A stretch of DNA of 64,000 nucleotides from a virus (Duplodnaviria > Caudoviricetes), in IMG/VR virus record IMGVR_UViG_3300027754_000035; one strand, given 5' to 3'. The translations under genes were made by a program, and so were the position numbers. This document shows positions 47,487 to 57,600 of this stretch, piece by piece (within the stretch, counting starts at the first letter, position 1; every line of letters starts with the position of its first letter). The notes beneath the pieces were generated by a model. The model searched no databases. It was not told where the DNA came from and saw only the letters and a program-made list of their open reading frames with translations.

Positions 47487-48352
47487 GTGGTTGTCCAATT
47501 CGTTAAACATTGATCTATAGCTTCATTTACACTTCGCATTTTGATGCCCGTGGCTAGTAGTTTGCTGTTGTCCATCACACAATTGCTGCGTGGGGTTTTG
47601 GCAAAGTGCTGATACAGTTCGGCCTCGTCAATCAATTCAAATTTGTGATCTTTGGCAATGGTCTGTTGCAACTTCTTGACCAATGCGTCGGTGGTGATGT
47701 AGCCAGTGTTGGTCACGTTATAGATACCATATGGAACTTTCTTGTTGATGGTAGCAATACATGCCGATACAAACTCTTGTTTGTTTGAAATGCTATTTTC
47801 TGCTTGCAACAACTTCGGATATCGCAACATCTTGCTGATATAGTTTCGTGGACCATCGTTGTGGTCAAATGGAATTCTCAATCGCCAAATATAGCTCTTT
47901 TCCCACTTAGCCACAATTTTTTCCGCCATTGCTTTGGTGCCACTATAGAAACTACAATTGTTTTGTGTCCAACTAAAGTTTGGTACATCTTCTTCTGTGA
48001 ATCCACTACCATCTGGTTTTTTACCAGCGTAAATACAACCACTGCTAACATGCCCCAATGGAATATCATTGAGGATGCACCAATCAGTCAATATTGTGGG
48101 CCATACAATGTTGCCGTGTACAGCGGATTCTTTATCGAGTTCACAAGCATCCACATTGGGTTTGCCCGTGTATCCCGCCACGTTGATTGCTGCGTCAATA
48201 ATTGGATAGCCTACACTTTCATACCACTTTTCCAAGTCAGCAAATGTGGTTTTGTGTGTATCAGGCCAGAAGAAGGCAAGAGTGCCAGCGTCTTTTAGTT
48301 GTTGTGCGAATTCGCTACCGATATAGCCGTTTGCACCGAATAATATAATCAT
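47483..48352 (-). CDS. NRS/ER-type dTDP/UDP-4-keto-6-deoxyglucose epimerase-reductase (RmlD-like SDR)
   Basis: GANGYIG, AGYTGKPNVDACE, HVSSGCIY, SFYSGTKA, RLRIPF, PRSNCVMD..KL. Confidence 0.85.
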   Translation of the reverse strand: MIILFGANGYIGSEFAQQLKDAGTLAFFWPDTHKTTFADLEKWYESVGYPIIDAAINVAGYTGKPNVDACELDKESAVHGNIVWPTILTDWCILNDIPLGHVSSGCIYAGKKPDGSGFTEEDVPNFSWTQNNCSFYSGTKAMAEKIVAKWEKSYIWRLRIPFDHNDGPRNYISKMLRYPKLLQAENSISNKQEFVSACIATINKKVPYGIYNVTNTGYITTDALVKKLQQTIAKDHKFELIDEAELYQHFAKTPRSNCVMDNSKLLATGIKMRSVNEAIDQCLTNWTTT

Positions 48353-49194
48353 AGTATTAAATTTTGTAGATACGTTTTGTACTCACTTTTTGGTAAACTT
48401 TCAATTCTTTTTTGCAGCAGTTCATTGCTCATGAATCCTTTTCTGAGGCATTCTTCTTCAATACACCCCACTTTTATGCCTTGCCTTTCTTGCACAGTTT
48501 GAATATATGCACCACTCTGATACAATGTTTCTGGCGTTCCAGCATCTAGCCAAGCAGTTCCTCTTGGAAACTTGATGACATTGAGTTTCTTTTGTTGTAG
48601 GTATACGTTGTTGAGGTCTGTTATTTCCAGTTCTCCACGGGTGGATGGTTTGAGTTGACTTGCGTATTTCACGACATTGTTGTCATAAAAATAAAGACCC
48701 GGCACAGCATATTTGCTTTTGGGCATTGATGGTTTTTCTTGGATGCTGATTGCGCACCCATCGGCATCAAACTCCACAACTCCGTATGCACTGGGGTCGT
48801 TGACGTGGTAAGCGAAAATAACAGCACCATCCAGTACAGGTTTCATGTTGGCCATACCATGAAAGATGTTGTCGCCCAGAATCAACCCTACACTGTCATT
48901 TGCAATAAAGTCTTGAGCGATTAAAAATGCTTCGGCGATACCTCTGGGTTTGTATTGTATTTCGTATTTTATACTCAACCCAAACGCACTACCATCACCA
49001 AACAACTTTTCATATTTACCAATATCTTCTGGTGTACTGATGATACAAATCTCTCTGATACCGCACGTAATCAATGTGCTCAGAGGATAGTAAATCATTG
49101 GCTTATCGTACACAGGCAACAACTGTTTGTTGACGGTTTGTGTCAGTGGATATAAACGTGATCCTGTGCCGCCTGATAGAATGATTCCTTTCAT
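48349..49194 (-). CDS. rfbA: Glucose-1-phosphate thymidylyltransferase
   Basis: MKGIILSGGTGSRLYPLT..VNKQLLPVYDKPMIYYPL, LGDNIF, VPGLYFY, RGELEITD, AWLDAGT. Confidence 0.97.
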   Translation of the reverse strand: MKGIILSGGTGSRLYPLTQTVNKQLLPVYDKPMIYYPLSTLITCGIREICIISTPEDIGKYEKLFGDGSAFGLSIKYEIQYKPRGIAEAFLIAQDFIANDSVGLILGDNIFHGMANMKPVLDGAVIFAYHVNDPSAYGVVEFDADGCAISIQEKPSMPKSKYAVPGLYFYDNNVVKYASQLKPSTRGELEITDLNNVYLQQKKLNVIKFPRGTAWLDAGTPETLYQSGAYIQTVQERQGIKVGCIEEECLRKGFMSNELLQKRIESLPKSEYKTYLQNLIL

Positions 49195-49260
49195 AACTCT
49201 TTACTAATACATATCGGTTTATTATTACCGTTAGATTATTATAATTAGCTATATAAACGT

Positions 49261-50226
49261 GTGAATATTGAATATATAGCACAGTATGGTACCAGTGGAT
49301 ATGCCACAGCGGCCAAAGGCAACATACTGTATTTGTCTAATCATGGACACAACGTGTGTTTTGCTCCGCTCAAGTTTGACGATTCCAATATTGATCAGAA
49401 TTGTGAAGTGGATAAACTGGTTTGTGGTAAAATGAAACCTCTGAATAGTTATGATACCCAAATTTATCATACACTACCCAATCTCTGGCCGTTGATAAAA
49501 AGTAAAGTTAAAAAAGACTACTACACCAAACAAATCGGATATTGTACTTGGGAAACTAAAAAACTACCTATGGGTTGGGCTGCTGAAATCAACAAGATGG
49601 ATGAGTTGTGGGTACCCAGCACATTCAATCAAACATCATTTGTTGATTGTGGTGTGAACATACCAATACAGGTATTTCCTCACATATTTTTTGATCAAAA
49701 ATTGAAGACTCGAAGTGATGTTGTGTTGTATGATTATCGCAACAGAATAATACCCAATAACGTATACACATTCTATTGTGTGGCTGAGTTGGTTGATAGA
49801 AAAGGTGTGATTGATTTGTTGGAAACATACACACATTTCAATACCAAATACAGCCGGTGTCAATTGTTGCTCAAACTACATCACAAAAATTATTCATCGG
49901 AAAATATTAAGTTGGTACAAGACACCATATCCAAATATGGTGATAGTGTGTACTTAATCAGTAAAAATGTGACTAACCAAGAACTATTGGACATTCATAG
50001 CTTGGGTGATTGTTATATCAGCTTACATAGAGGCGAAGGATTTGGACTGAGCTTATACGATGCTGCGAACTATGGCAAAAAAATAATTGCTACCAACTAT
50101 GGTGGACCAGTTGATTATTTGAATGAGACTCACCACACAATTCCATATGTTATTTCAGGTGATTGGGCCTATCCAGATCTAGGAAAAGTAGCAGAGTCCA
50201 TGGAAATTTTATTTTGGTGTAATTGA
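49261..50226 (+). CDS. Glycosyltransferase, GT4-like (paralog of 2854-4272)
   Basis: QYGTSGYA, TWETKKLP..W, ELWVPS, RKG..DL, GDCYISLHRGEGFGL, WAYPDL. Confidence 0.88.
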   Translation: MNIEYIAQYGTSGYATAAKGNILYLSNHGHNVCFAPLKFDDSNIDQNCEVDKLVCGKMKPLNSYDTQIYHTLPNLWPLIKSKVKKDYYTKQIGYCTWETKKLPMGWAAEINKMDELWVPSTFNQTSFVDCGVNIPIQVFPHIFFDQKLKTRSDVVLYDYRNRIIPNNVYTFYCVAELVDRKGVIDLLETYTHFNTKYSRCQLLLKLHHKNYSSENIKLVQDTISKYGDSVYLISKNVTNQELLDIHSLGDCYISLHRGEGFGLSLYDAANYGKKIIATNYGGPVDYLNETHHTIPYVISGDWAYPDLGKVAESMEILFWCN

Positions 50227-50235
50227 AAAGATTGC

Positions 50236-50263
50236 TTGACAACTGCGCCAGTGAGGCTATGAT
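50236..50263 (+). promoter_or_regulatory. sigma70-type promoter (TTGACA-16-TATGAT)
   Basis: ATG 50270 lies 6 nt after the -10 box. Confidence 0.7.
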
Positions 50264-50269
50264 GTTAAT

Positions 50270-50485
50270 ATGAACGAAACTGTTGATACAATTGATGCCA
50301 CAAACATCAGTGAGTTTGAGAGAAACAAACCAGTAGTTACAATGAAGAAACTCAACGATCTATTGGTTAGAATTGACGAAGAAAGAATCAAAACCGAGAT
50401 TCTTTACAAGGACAGAGTTAGAAGCCTTGACGAGATCAAGAATTTACTGTATAGTGTGAAAGATAGCTTCAAGAAAGGCGAATAA
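50270..50485 (+). CDS. Small coiled-coil hypothetical protein
   Basis: First gene after the promoter. Confidence 0.6.
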   Translation: MNETVDTIDATNISEFERNKPVVTMKKLNDLLVRIDEERIKTEILYKDRVRSLDEIKNLLYSVKDSFKKGE

Positions 50486-50487
50486 AA

Positions 50488-50730
50488 ATGAAAAACAAGA
50501 ACAAACTAGATAACGCAACAATTATCACTCGCAAGCATCCAGTTCTAAATTTTGGCCAAAACGGCGTAATACTTGGATTCAATGAATTCAGCGATGAAGT
50601 AGTATTCAAGGCTCATGGCGACTCCAAAAAGTACAATTTGCATTATAAGCAAATCTGGCCCTACACCCAGGCTTACAATTACGAAGATCGCAACAAAGCA
50701 CTAGATTTTTTAGTTAAAAACAACCTATGA
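50488..50730 (+). CDS. Hypothetical protein
   Basis: Packed ORF. Confidence 0.55.
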   Translation: MKNKNKLDNATIITRKHPVLNFGQNGVILGFNEFSDEVVFKAHGDSKKYNLHYKQIWPYTQAYNYEDRNKALDFLVKNNL

Positions 50731-51233
50731 ATAACAATACCATCACCAGATCCGCCATTCATTTGTACGCACACGCACTGCGACAAAACCGAGCCACAAT
50801 TATAGATGAATATACCCACCTTCTCGAAACTGAGTTGGGTAGAATGTTTCCTGCTCTTAAAGAAAAGAGTGAGGATGGAGTCCAAGATTGGGCATGTGAT
50901 ATACTCAATTGTGATTCCAAACAAGAAGTTGATGCCACACTGGATCGCATCAACGATATATTGACGCAACAAGCCAAAAATGGATGGGTGTGTGCGTTTT
51001 GTGGCAAAAATACATACGACATGGACTCAGATTATCTTTTTGGTACAAATCACATTAATTGCGCTTTGGAAGAAGATATCAAGAACAGAGCACATTCAGA
51101 TCCTGATTATGTTCTTGATCCTCGCCGCAGAAAACTCTGTGAATTGGAAAAACAAATCGCAGAGTTGCAGAATACTCTGAATAATATCAAAGCCGAACAT
51201 CACGAACCATATCATCACGAACCAACAAATTAA
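50727..51233 (+). CDS. Hypothetical protein with CxxC...HxxC zinc finger
   Basis: WVCAFCGK...HINC; ATGA overlap. Confidence 0.6.
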   Translation: MNNNTITRSAIHLYAHALRQNRATIIDEYTHLLETELGRMFPALKEKSEDGVQDWACDILNCDSKQEVDATLDRINDILTQQAKNGWVCAFCGKNTYDMDSDYLFGTNHINCALEEDIKNRAHSDPDYVLDPRRRKLCELEKQIAELQNTLNNIKAEHHEPYHHEPTN

Positions 51234-51598
51234 TGTTGCACATGCTCGGCAAACACAAACCGTTTCGTGCTGCATTACATAAGCGTAATGATCCCAAATC
51301 TAGGAAAGTCGTCAAAGAATATCTCAAAAAAACGATGTATTATTGTTATATTCTAAAATGTAGTGATAATACGCTATATTGCGGCTATACTAACAATATA
51401 GAAAAGCGTGTTTGTGTACATAATTCTGGTAAAGGTGCCAAATATACACAAAAAAGATTGCCGGTTCAATTGGTATATAATGAAGAATTTTTGACCAAAT
51501 CTGACGCAATGAAGCGGGAATATCAGATTAAACAACTGACCCGAGAACAAAAGATACAGTTGATAAAAAATGGACACAATACCAAATCTACCAATTAA
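51233..51598 (+). CDS. GIY-YIG nuclease (UPF0213-like); true start may be ATG 51335
   Basis: YCYILKCSD.TLYCGYTNN.EKR...HNSGKGAKYT..RLPV.LVY.E...SDA.KREYQIKQL. Confidence 0.9.
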   Translation: MLHMLGKHKPFRAALHKRNDPKSRKVVKEYLKKTMYYCYILKCSDNTLYCGYTNNIEKRVCVHNSGKGAKYTQKRLPVQLVYNEEFLTKSDAMKREYQIKQLTREQKIQLIKNGHNTKSTN

Positions 51599-51827
51599 AC
51601 GTTGGGTATTCGGACTACACACAGTTGGATTAACCACCGGCTCCGAATGGCTATATTTTTGTAGTGTTCATAGTTTTGACACACGCAATGAAGCTGTACA
51701 CTATTTACAAAATAATCGTGACTGGTGCGATCCAGATGCACACCCACACAGTGGTATATGTGAACTCAGCGACGAAGAATTGATATTTTACAACGATTAC
51801 TACACATCTTATGAACCTACTAGATAA
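51570..51827 (+). CDS. Hypothetical protein
   Basis: Packed ORF. Confidence 0.5.
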   Translation: MDTIPNLPIKRWVFGLHTVGLTTGSEWLYFCSVHSFDTRNEAVHYLQNNRDWCDPDAHPHSGICELSDEELIFYNDYYTSYEPTR

Positions 51828-51896
51828 AATTAAAGACAACTTTGTGAGTGCAGATATTACTGAGTTTTTTTCTAACTAACTACTTATGTATATAAT

Positions 51897-52175
51897 ATGA
51901 GTGGCAACAAACCCGACAAAAAAGTAACGGAACAATCAGAGCTTATTGCAACCCGCATACCCCCTGGAGATAGATGGACTCTCAAAAGTGATAGTCGCAA
52001 GATTATTCACAATAGTCTCACCGAGGTGTTGGAAGCATTCTATACAGAAACTCACTTCAAAGGCGACTATAGATTGTCGCCCGTGGGTAGTAAATTATAC
52101 ACTATTAAGTCGGTAGAAGAAGAAATTGTACCTGAGCCTCTCAAGACATTCAATATTTATGGTGATCCTGTATAG
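51897..52175 (+). CDS. Hypothetical protein
   Basis: Late motif CTACTTATG upstream. Confidence 0.65.
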   Translation: MSGNKPDKKVTEQSELIATRIPPGDRWTLKSDSRKIIHNSLTEVLEAFYTETHFKGDYRLSPVGSKLYTIKSVEEEIVPEPLKTFNIYGDPV

Positions 52176-52193
52176 TGCCCTCTATTTATAGGC

Positions 52194-54641
52194 ATGGCCG
52201 ACGTAGATTATAACGATTTACTAATTAAAGACAACTTTGTTGATTGGATGGATATCATTTCTAAAAATGATCCAGATCCTATTATTAGACAATCAGCAAA
52301 AGAGGTGGGATGGGCAGTAAATGGTAATTCACAAGTTAGTCCAAAACCATCATACAAATCGTTGTATGCGAAATATTCGTTTATAGTAGTTCCCATTAAA
52401 ACAGAAAATGGCCTAAAATCACAACTTTATTCTTATAACGGCCCGACCCGACAAAAATTCATTGGCATAATTTATGCCCCCGGCGTAGTATATGATTCCA
52501 ATTGCTGTGGACCATTACCAACACCCAGTGTAACCCCAACACCCAGTGTCACACCCACACCAAGTGTAACTCTGACCCCAACATCCAGTGTTACTCCTAC
52601 TGTTACACCAAGTTTGACACCAACAGCCAGTGTTACACCAAGCTCGACAGCCACACCAAGCTTGACACCAACGGCCAGTGTTACACCCACAGTAACCAGA
52701 ACCGTAACACCCAGCGTAACAGCTACTCCAAGTGTGACGGCAACACCCAGCGTAACAAAAACACCAAGTGTAACGCCAACAGTCACAAATACCGCAACAC
52801 CAACTGGAACAGCAACGCCCAGTGTAACTAAAACTCCAAGTGTGACGGCAACTCCTAGTCATACTGTGACGCCAACACATACCGCTACAGCAACTCAAAC
52901 TCCTAGTGTAACTCCAACCAAAACAATTACACCTAGTACCACAACAACTCCAAGCGTCACGCCTAGTCGCACAACTACACCAAGTTTAACACCAACACCA
53001 TCAATTACAAGATCGACTAGTGTAACACCAACTAAAACAGTAACACCAACCAGAACAACAACAGCTACTCCAAGCATCACAGCTACTCCAAGCATCACAG
53101 CTACACCAAGCGCAACTGGTAGTGGTACTCCAGGTTCCAGTGTGACACCAACACCAAGCATCACAGCTACTCCAAGCATCACAGCTACACCAAGCGCAAC
53201 TGGTAGTGGTACTCCAGGTTCCAGTGTGACACCAACACCAAGCATCACAGCTACACCTAGTGAAACACCAACACCAAGCATCACAGCTACTCCAAGCATC
53301 ACAGCTACACCAAGCGCAACTGGTAGTGGTACTCCAGGTTCCAGTGTGACACCAACACCAAGCATCACAGCTACACCTAGTGAAACACCAACACCAAGCA
53401 TCACAGCTACTCCAAGCATCACAGCTACACCAAGCGCAACTGGTAGTGGTACTCCAGGTTCCAGTGTGACACCAACACCAAGCATCACAGCTACACCTAG
53501 TGAAACACCAACACCAAGCATCACAGCTACTCCAAGCATCACAGCTACGCCAAGCGCAACTGGTAGTGGTACTCCAGGTTCCAGTGTGACACCAACACCA
53601 AGCATCACAGCTACACCTAGTGAAACACCAACACCAAGCATCACAGCTACTCCAAGCATCACAGCTACACCTAGTGAAACACCAACACCAAGCATCACAG
53701 CTACTCCTAGTGAAACACCAACACCAAGCATCACAGCTACACCTAGTGTGACAGCAACTAGAACAGCTACACCTAGTGAAACACCAACACCAAGCATCAC
53801 AGCTACTCCAAGCATCACAGCTACTCCAAGCATCACAGCTACACCAAGCATCACAGCTACTCCAAGCATCACAGCTACTCCAAGCATCACAGCTACACCA
53901 AGCATCACAGCTACACCAAGCATCACAGCTACACCTAGTGTGACAGCTACACCTAGTGTGACAGCAACTAGAACAGCGACGCCAAGCGCAACTGGTAGTG
54001 GTACTCCGGGTTCCAGTGTGACACCAACTAGAACAGCGACGCCAAGCGCAACTGGTAGTGGTACTCCGGGTTCCAGTGTGACACCAACTAGAACAACAAC
54101 ACCTAGCTTGACAGCTACACCCAGTGTAACTGCAACTCCAAGCTTGACACCGAGCAGTTCGGATACAACAACCGGATTATTTTATGTTGTTATTGCTGAT
54201 TTGCCTAGCACACAGAGTTTTTGTGTGACTCAACCTTCATGTGTAGACTTCCCAGACTGCACACCATGCTCCGATGCTGACCCTGTGCCTTATTGCCCAG
54301 GTAACATAACATACGCTTCGACTGTCAATGTTTATGGATCGTTGCCGGGGGCATATATGAATCTTGATCATGTTATTGATACATCAGCATCTTGTGGTAG
54401 TACAGCTACCAACACAGTAATGATTAAATTCAACAATAATTTCTTAACGGCGGCATCTGGTGACACTAACATAGCTTATCAATGCCATCGTACATTCCCA
54501 ACTTACAATATAAACGGTTGTTGTGATATTGGGGCGGACGATGTATACAAGACTTACGATGGTTTAAGTAGTCAAATCCAAAATGCTCAGACCTTTGGGC
54601 CTGGAACTGGAACGGTGGGCGACCCATATATCATCAATTAA
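52194..54641 (+). CDS. Mucin-like virion protein: shared N-terminal anchor, Thr/Pro/Ser stalk, Cys-rich tip
   Basis: N-terminal ~95 aa homologous to 54674; ~550 aa of TPSxTAT repeats; C-terminal domain with 9 Cys; late motif 3 nt before ATG. Confidence 0.75.
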   Translation: MADVDYNDLLIKDNFVDWMDIISKNDPDPIIRQSAKEVGWAVNGNSQVSPKPSYKSLYAKYSFIVVPIKTENGLKSQLYSYNGPTRQKFIGIIYAPGVVYDSNCCGPLPTPSVTPTPSVTPTPSVTLTPTSSVTPTVTPSLTPTASVTPSSTATPSLTPTASVTPTVTRTVTPSVTATPSVTATPSVTKTPSVTPTVTNTATPTGTATPSVTKTPSVTATPSHTVTPTHTATATQTPSVTPTKTITPSTTTTPSVTPSRTTTPSLTPTPSITRSTSVTPTKTVTPTRTTTATPSITATPSITATPSATGSGTPGSSVTPTPSITATPSITATPSATGSGTPGSSVTPTPSITATPSETPTPSITATPSITATPSATGSGTPGSSVTPTPSITATPSETPTPSITATPSITATPSATGSGTPGSSVTPTPSITATPSETPTPSITATPSITATPSATGSGTPGSSVTPTPSITATPSETPTPSITATPSITATPSETPTPSITATPSETPTPSITATPSVTATRTATPSETPTPSITATPSITATPSITATPSITATPSITATPSITATPSITATPSITATPSVTATPSVTATRTATPSATGSGTPGSSVTPTRTATPSATGSGTPGSSVTPTRTTTPSLTATPSVTATPSLTPSSSDTTTGLFYVVIADLPSTQSFCVTQPSCVDFPDCTPCSDADPVPYCPGNITYASTVNVYGSLPGAYMNLDHVIDTSASCGSTATNTVMIKFNNNFLTAASGDTNIAYQCHRTFPTYNINGCCDIGADDVYKTYDGLSSQIQNAQTFGPGTGTVGDPYIIN
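53154..53633 (+). repeat. Four tandem 120-bp in-frame repeats (40-aa unit)
   Basis: Sequence lines recur every 120 nt; one mismatch seen in copy 4. Confidence 0.9.
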
Positions 54642-54673
54642 TAAACAACTGATACCAAATACTATTTATTGAT

Positions 54674-57600
54674 ATGGCTAAAATGGATTATAACAGTCTT
54701 TTGAACAAGCAAAACTTTGTTGCTTGGATGTTGAGTATTGCGAGTGATGATCCAAATCCAACAATTAGACAGGCAGCCAAAGAAATTGGGTACGAAGCAA
54801 ATGGCAACAGTATTATTGGTCCAAAGCCTTATTACAATGCTTTGTATCTGAAATACAAATTCAAAGTTGCGCCAATTCAAACCGATAATGGTATACAAAC
54901 ACAACTGTTTGAATTGGTCGGAATAAATTATAGATCGGTAGGTATTATACGTACACCCACCATTATAAAGACTTTTGTTGCACCAGCACCTACACCATCA
55001 AGTTCGACTCCAGATCCTTCAGTAACACCGACAACCTCGCTAGATGTGTCAGCTACTCCAAGCGTCACAGTCACTCCAAGCGTCACAGTCACTCCAAGCA
55101 CTACAGCTACTCCAAACGCAACTGGCAGTGGTACTCCAGGTTCCAGTGTGACACCAACACCAAGCATCACAGCTACTCCAAGCATTACAGCCACACCAAG
55201 CTCGACAGCCACACCAAGCATCACAGCTACACCTAGCTTAACAGCAACTCCAAGCTTAACAGCAACACCTAGTGAAACTGCTACACCAAGCTTGACTGCA
55301 ACTCCAAGTGAAACAGCAACTCCAAGCTTGACAGCAACACCAAGTGAAACAGCAACAGCAAGCTTGACTGCAACTCCTAGCTTGACTGCAACTCCTAGCT
55401 TGACTGCAACTCCAAGCTTAACAGCAACTCCAAGCTTGACTGCAACTCCAAGCTTGACTGCAACACCAAGCTTGACTGCTACACCTAGTGAAACAGCAAC
55501 TCCAAGTGAAACAACAACAGCAAGCTTGACTGCTACACCAAGTGAAACAGTAACTCCAAGCTTGACTGCAACACCAAGCTTGACTGCTACACCTAGTGTG
55601 ACTGCTACACCTAGTGTGACTGCAACTCCAAGCTTGACTGCTACACCAAGCTTAACAGCAACTCCAAGTGAAACAGCAACTCCAAGCTTGACTGCTACTC
55701 CAAGTGAAACAGCAACTCCAAGCTTGACAGCAACTCCAAGCTTGACTGCTACACCAAGCTCGACAGTCACTCCAAGCTTGACACCAACTCCAAGCATTAC
55801 AGCTACACCAAGCATCACAGCCACACCAAGCATCACAGCTACACCAAGCACTACAGTCACACCAAGCTCGACAGCGACGCCAAGCTCGACAGTCACTCCA
55901 AGTCCAACTGTAACAGCAGTACCAGATTGGGGTCCAGTGTTCTTTGGTGGAGCGGCTTATGGCACAAACAGTACATCATTTGTTAAATCCTCCGGCACCG
56001 AAGGCTGGAACAGCAAAGTTTATTCCACTGTAGGTTACATAGACGGAGTGTCGGTTACGGCGCAATGTAATACTACTACTAATGCAGACGTGATGTTTGG
56101 TCTTAGTGTTGATCCAGCATCAACAGCACACGTTGATAATGAATATGTAAATCTTGATTATGCGTGGTGCTTCCTTGGCGGCACGTTGCAAATTTTTGAA
56201 AGCGGTGAGAATGCGTACAGCTACGGTGCTTATACCGCCAGCACAGTTCTTAACATTACTTATGATGGTACAAATGTAAAATACTACAAAGATGGTACAT
56301 TAGCTAGAACTGTGCAACGTGACGATCTACGTTTAACACCACTGTATTTCAGCACTGCTTTCCACTATATCAATACAAGCATTGCATTAACAAATGTGGC
56401 GTTTGTTTCAGCACCCGGTGTGACACCAACACCAACACCCAGCGTCACCGCAACAGCAACAGCAACACCAACACCAAGTTTAACAGCAACTCCAACAGTT
56501 ACTCCAACAATCTCAGTTACACCAAGTGTGACACCAAGCTTAACAGCAACACCAAGTGTAACAGCAACAATCTCAGTCACACCAAGCTTAACAGCAACCC
56601 CAAGTGTAACAGCAACAACCTCAGTTACACCAAGCTCAACAGCAACACCAAGCTCAACACCAGACCCAAGCTTAACAGCAACACCTAGTGTGACAGCAAC
56701 ACCTAGTGTGACTGCTACACCTAGTGTGACTATTACTCCAAGCTCGACAGTCACTCCAAGCTTGACACCAACAGTATCAGTTACTCCAAGCTTGACACCA
56801 ACAGCATCAGTTACTCCAAGCTTAACAGCAACAGCATCAGTTACTCCAAGCTTAACAGCAACACCAAGCTCAACACCAGAACCAAGCTTAACAGCAACAC
56901 CAAGCTTGACAGCTACGCCGAGCTTGACACCAAGTCCAACTGTGACAGCGGTACCAGATTGGGGTCCAGTGTTCTTTGGTGGAGCGGCTTATGGCACAAA
57001 CAGTACATCGTTTACTAAAACCAGCGGAACGAATGGTTGGAACAGCAAAGTTTATTCAACGTTGGCTTACACAGGTGGAGCGTCGGTTACGGCGCAAACG
57101 AATACCACTGCTGGTATCTCGATGTTTGGTCTTAGTGTTGATCCAGCATCAACAGCACATGTCAACAGTGAATATGCTAATATTGATTATGGATGGTACC
57201 TCGAGCCCGCCGGCGGCGATGGTCTGTACATTTGGGAAAGCGGTGTGTACGTGGGTAGCTTCGGTGCTTATACAGTCAACACAATTCTTAATGTTATTTA
57301 TGATGGTGCTAATGTAAGATATTACAAAGACGGTGTATTAGCTAGAACTGTGCAACGTGACGATCTAAGGTCAACACCACTGTATTTCATTGCTACTTCC
57401 TATTATGTGGACGCAACCAGAGCAATAACAGATGTGACGTTTGTTTCAGCACCAAGTGTGACACCAACACCAACACCCAGCGTCACCGCAACAGCAACAG
57501 CAACACCAACACCAAGCGTCACAGCCACACCAAGCGTCACAGCCACACCAAGCTTGACACCAACTCCAAGCACTACAGCCACACCAAGCACTACAGTCAC

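Noticed and set aside
2854-50226. DNA hypermodification as the main role of the GTs and methyltransferases
   Set aside because: No hydroxymethylase, TET/JBP or modified-nucleotide kinase in the window, the MTases lack DNA-MTase motifs, and the glyco units carry the late-type motif; not fully excluded for individual GT-B enzymes
37317-51598. HNH and GIY-YIG genes as intron-encoded homing endonucleases
   Set aside because: They are free-standing and no flanking gene is interrupted; no intron or intein signature in the helicase, clamp loader or Rml genes
53154-53633. Regular repeats as a possible CRISPR array
   Set aside because: Units are tandem, in frame and coding, with no unique spacers and no cas genes
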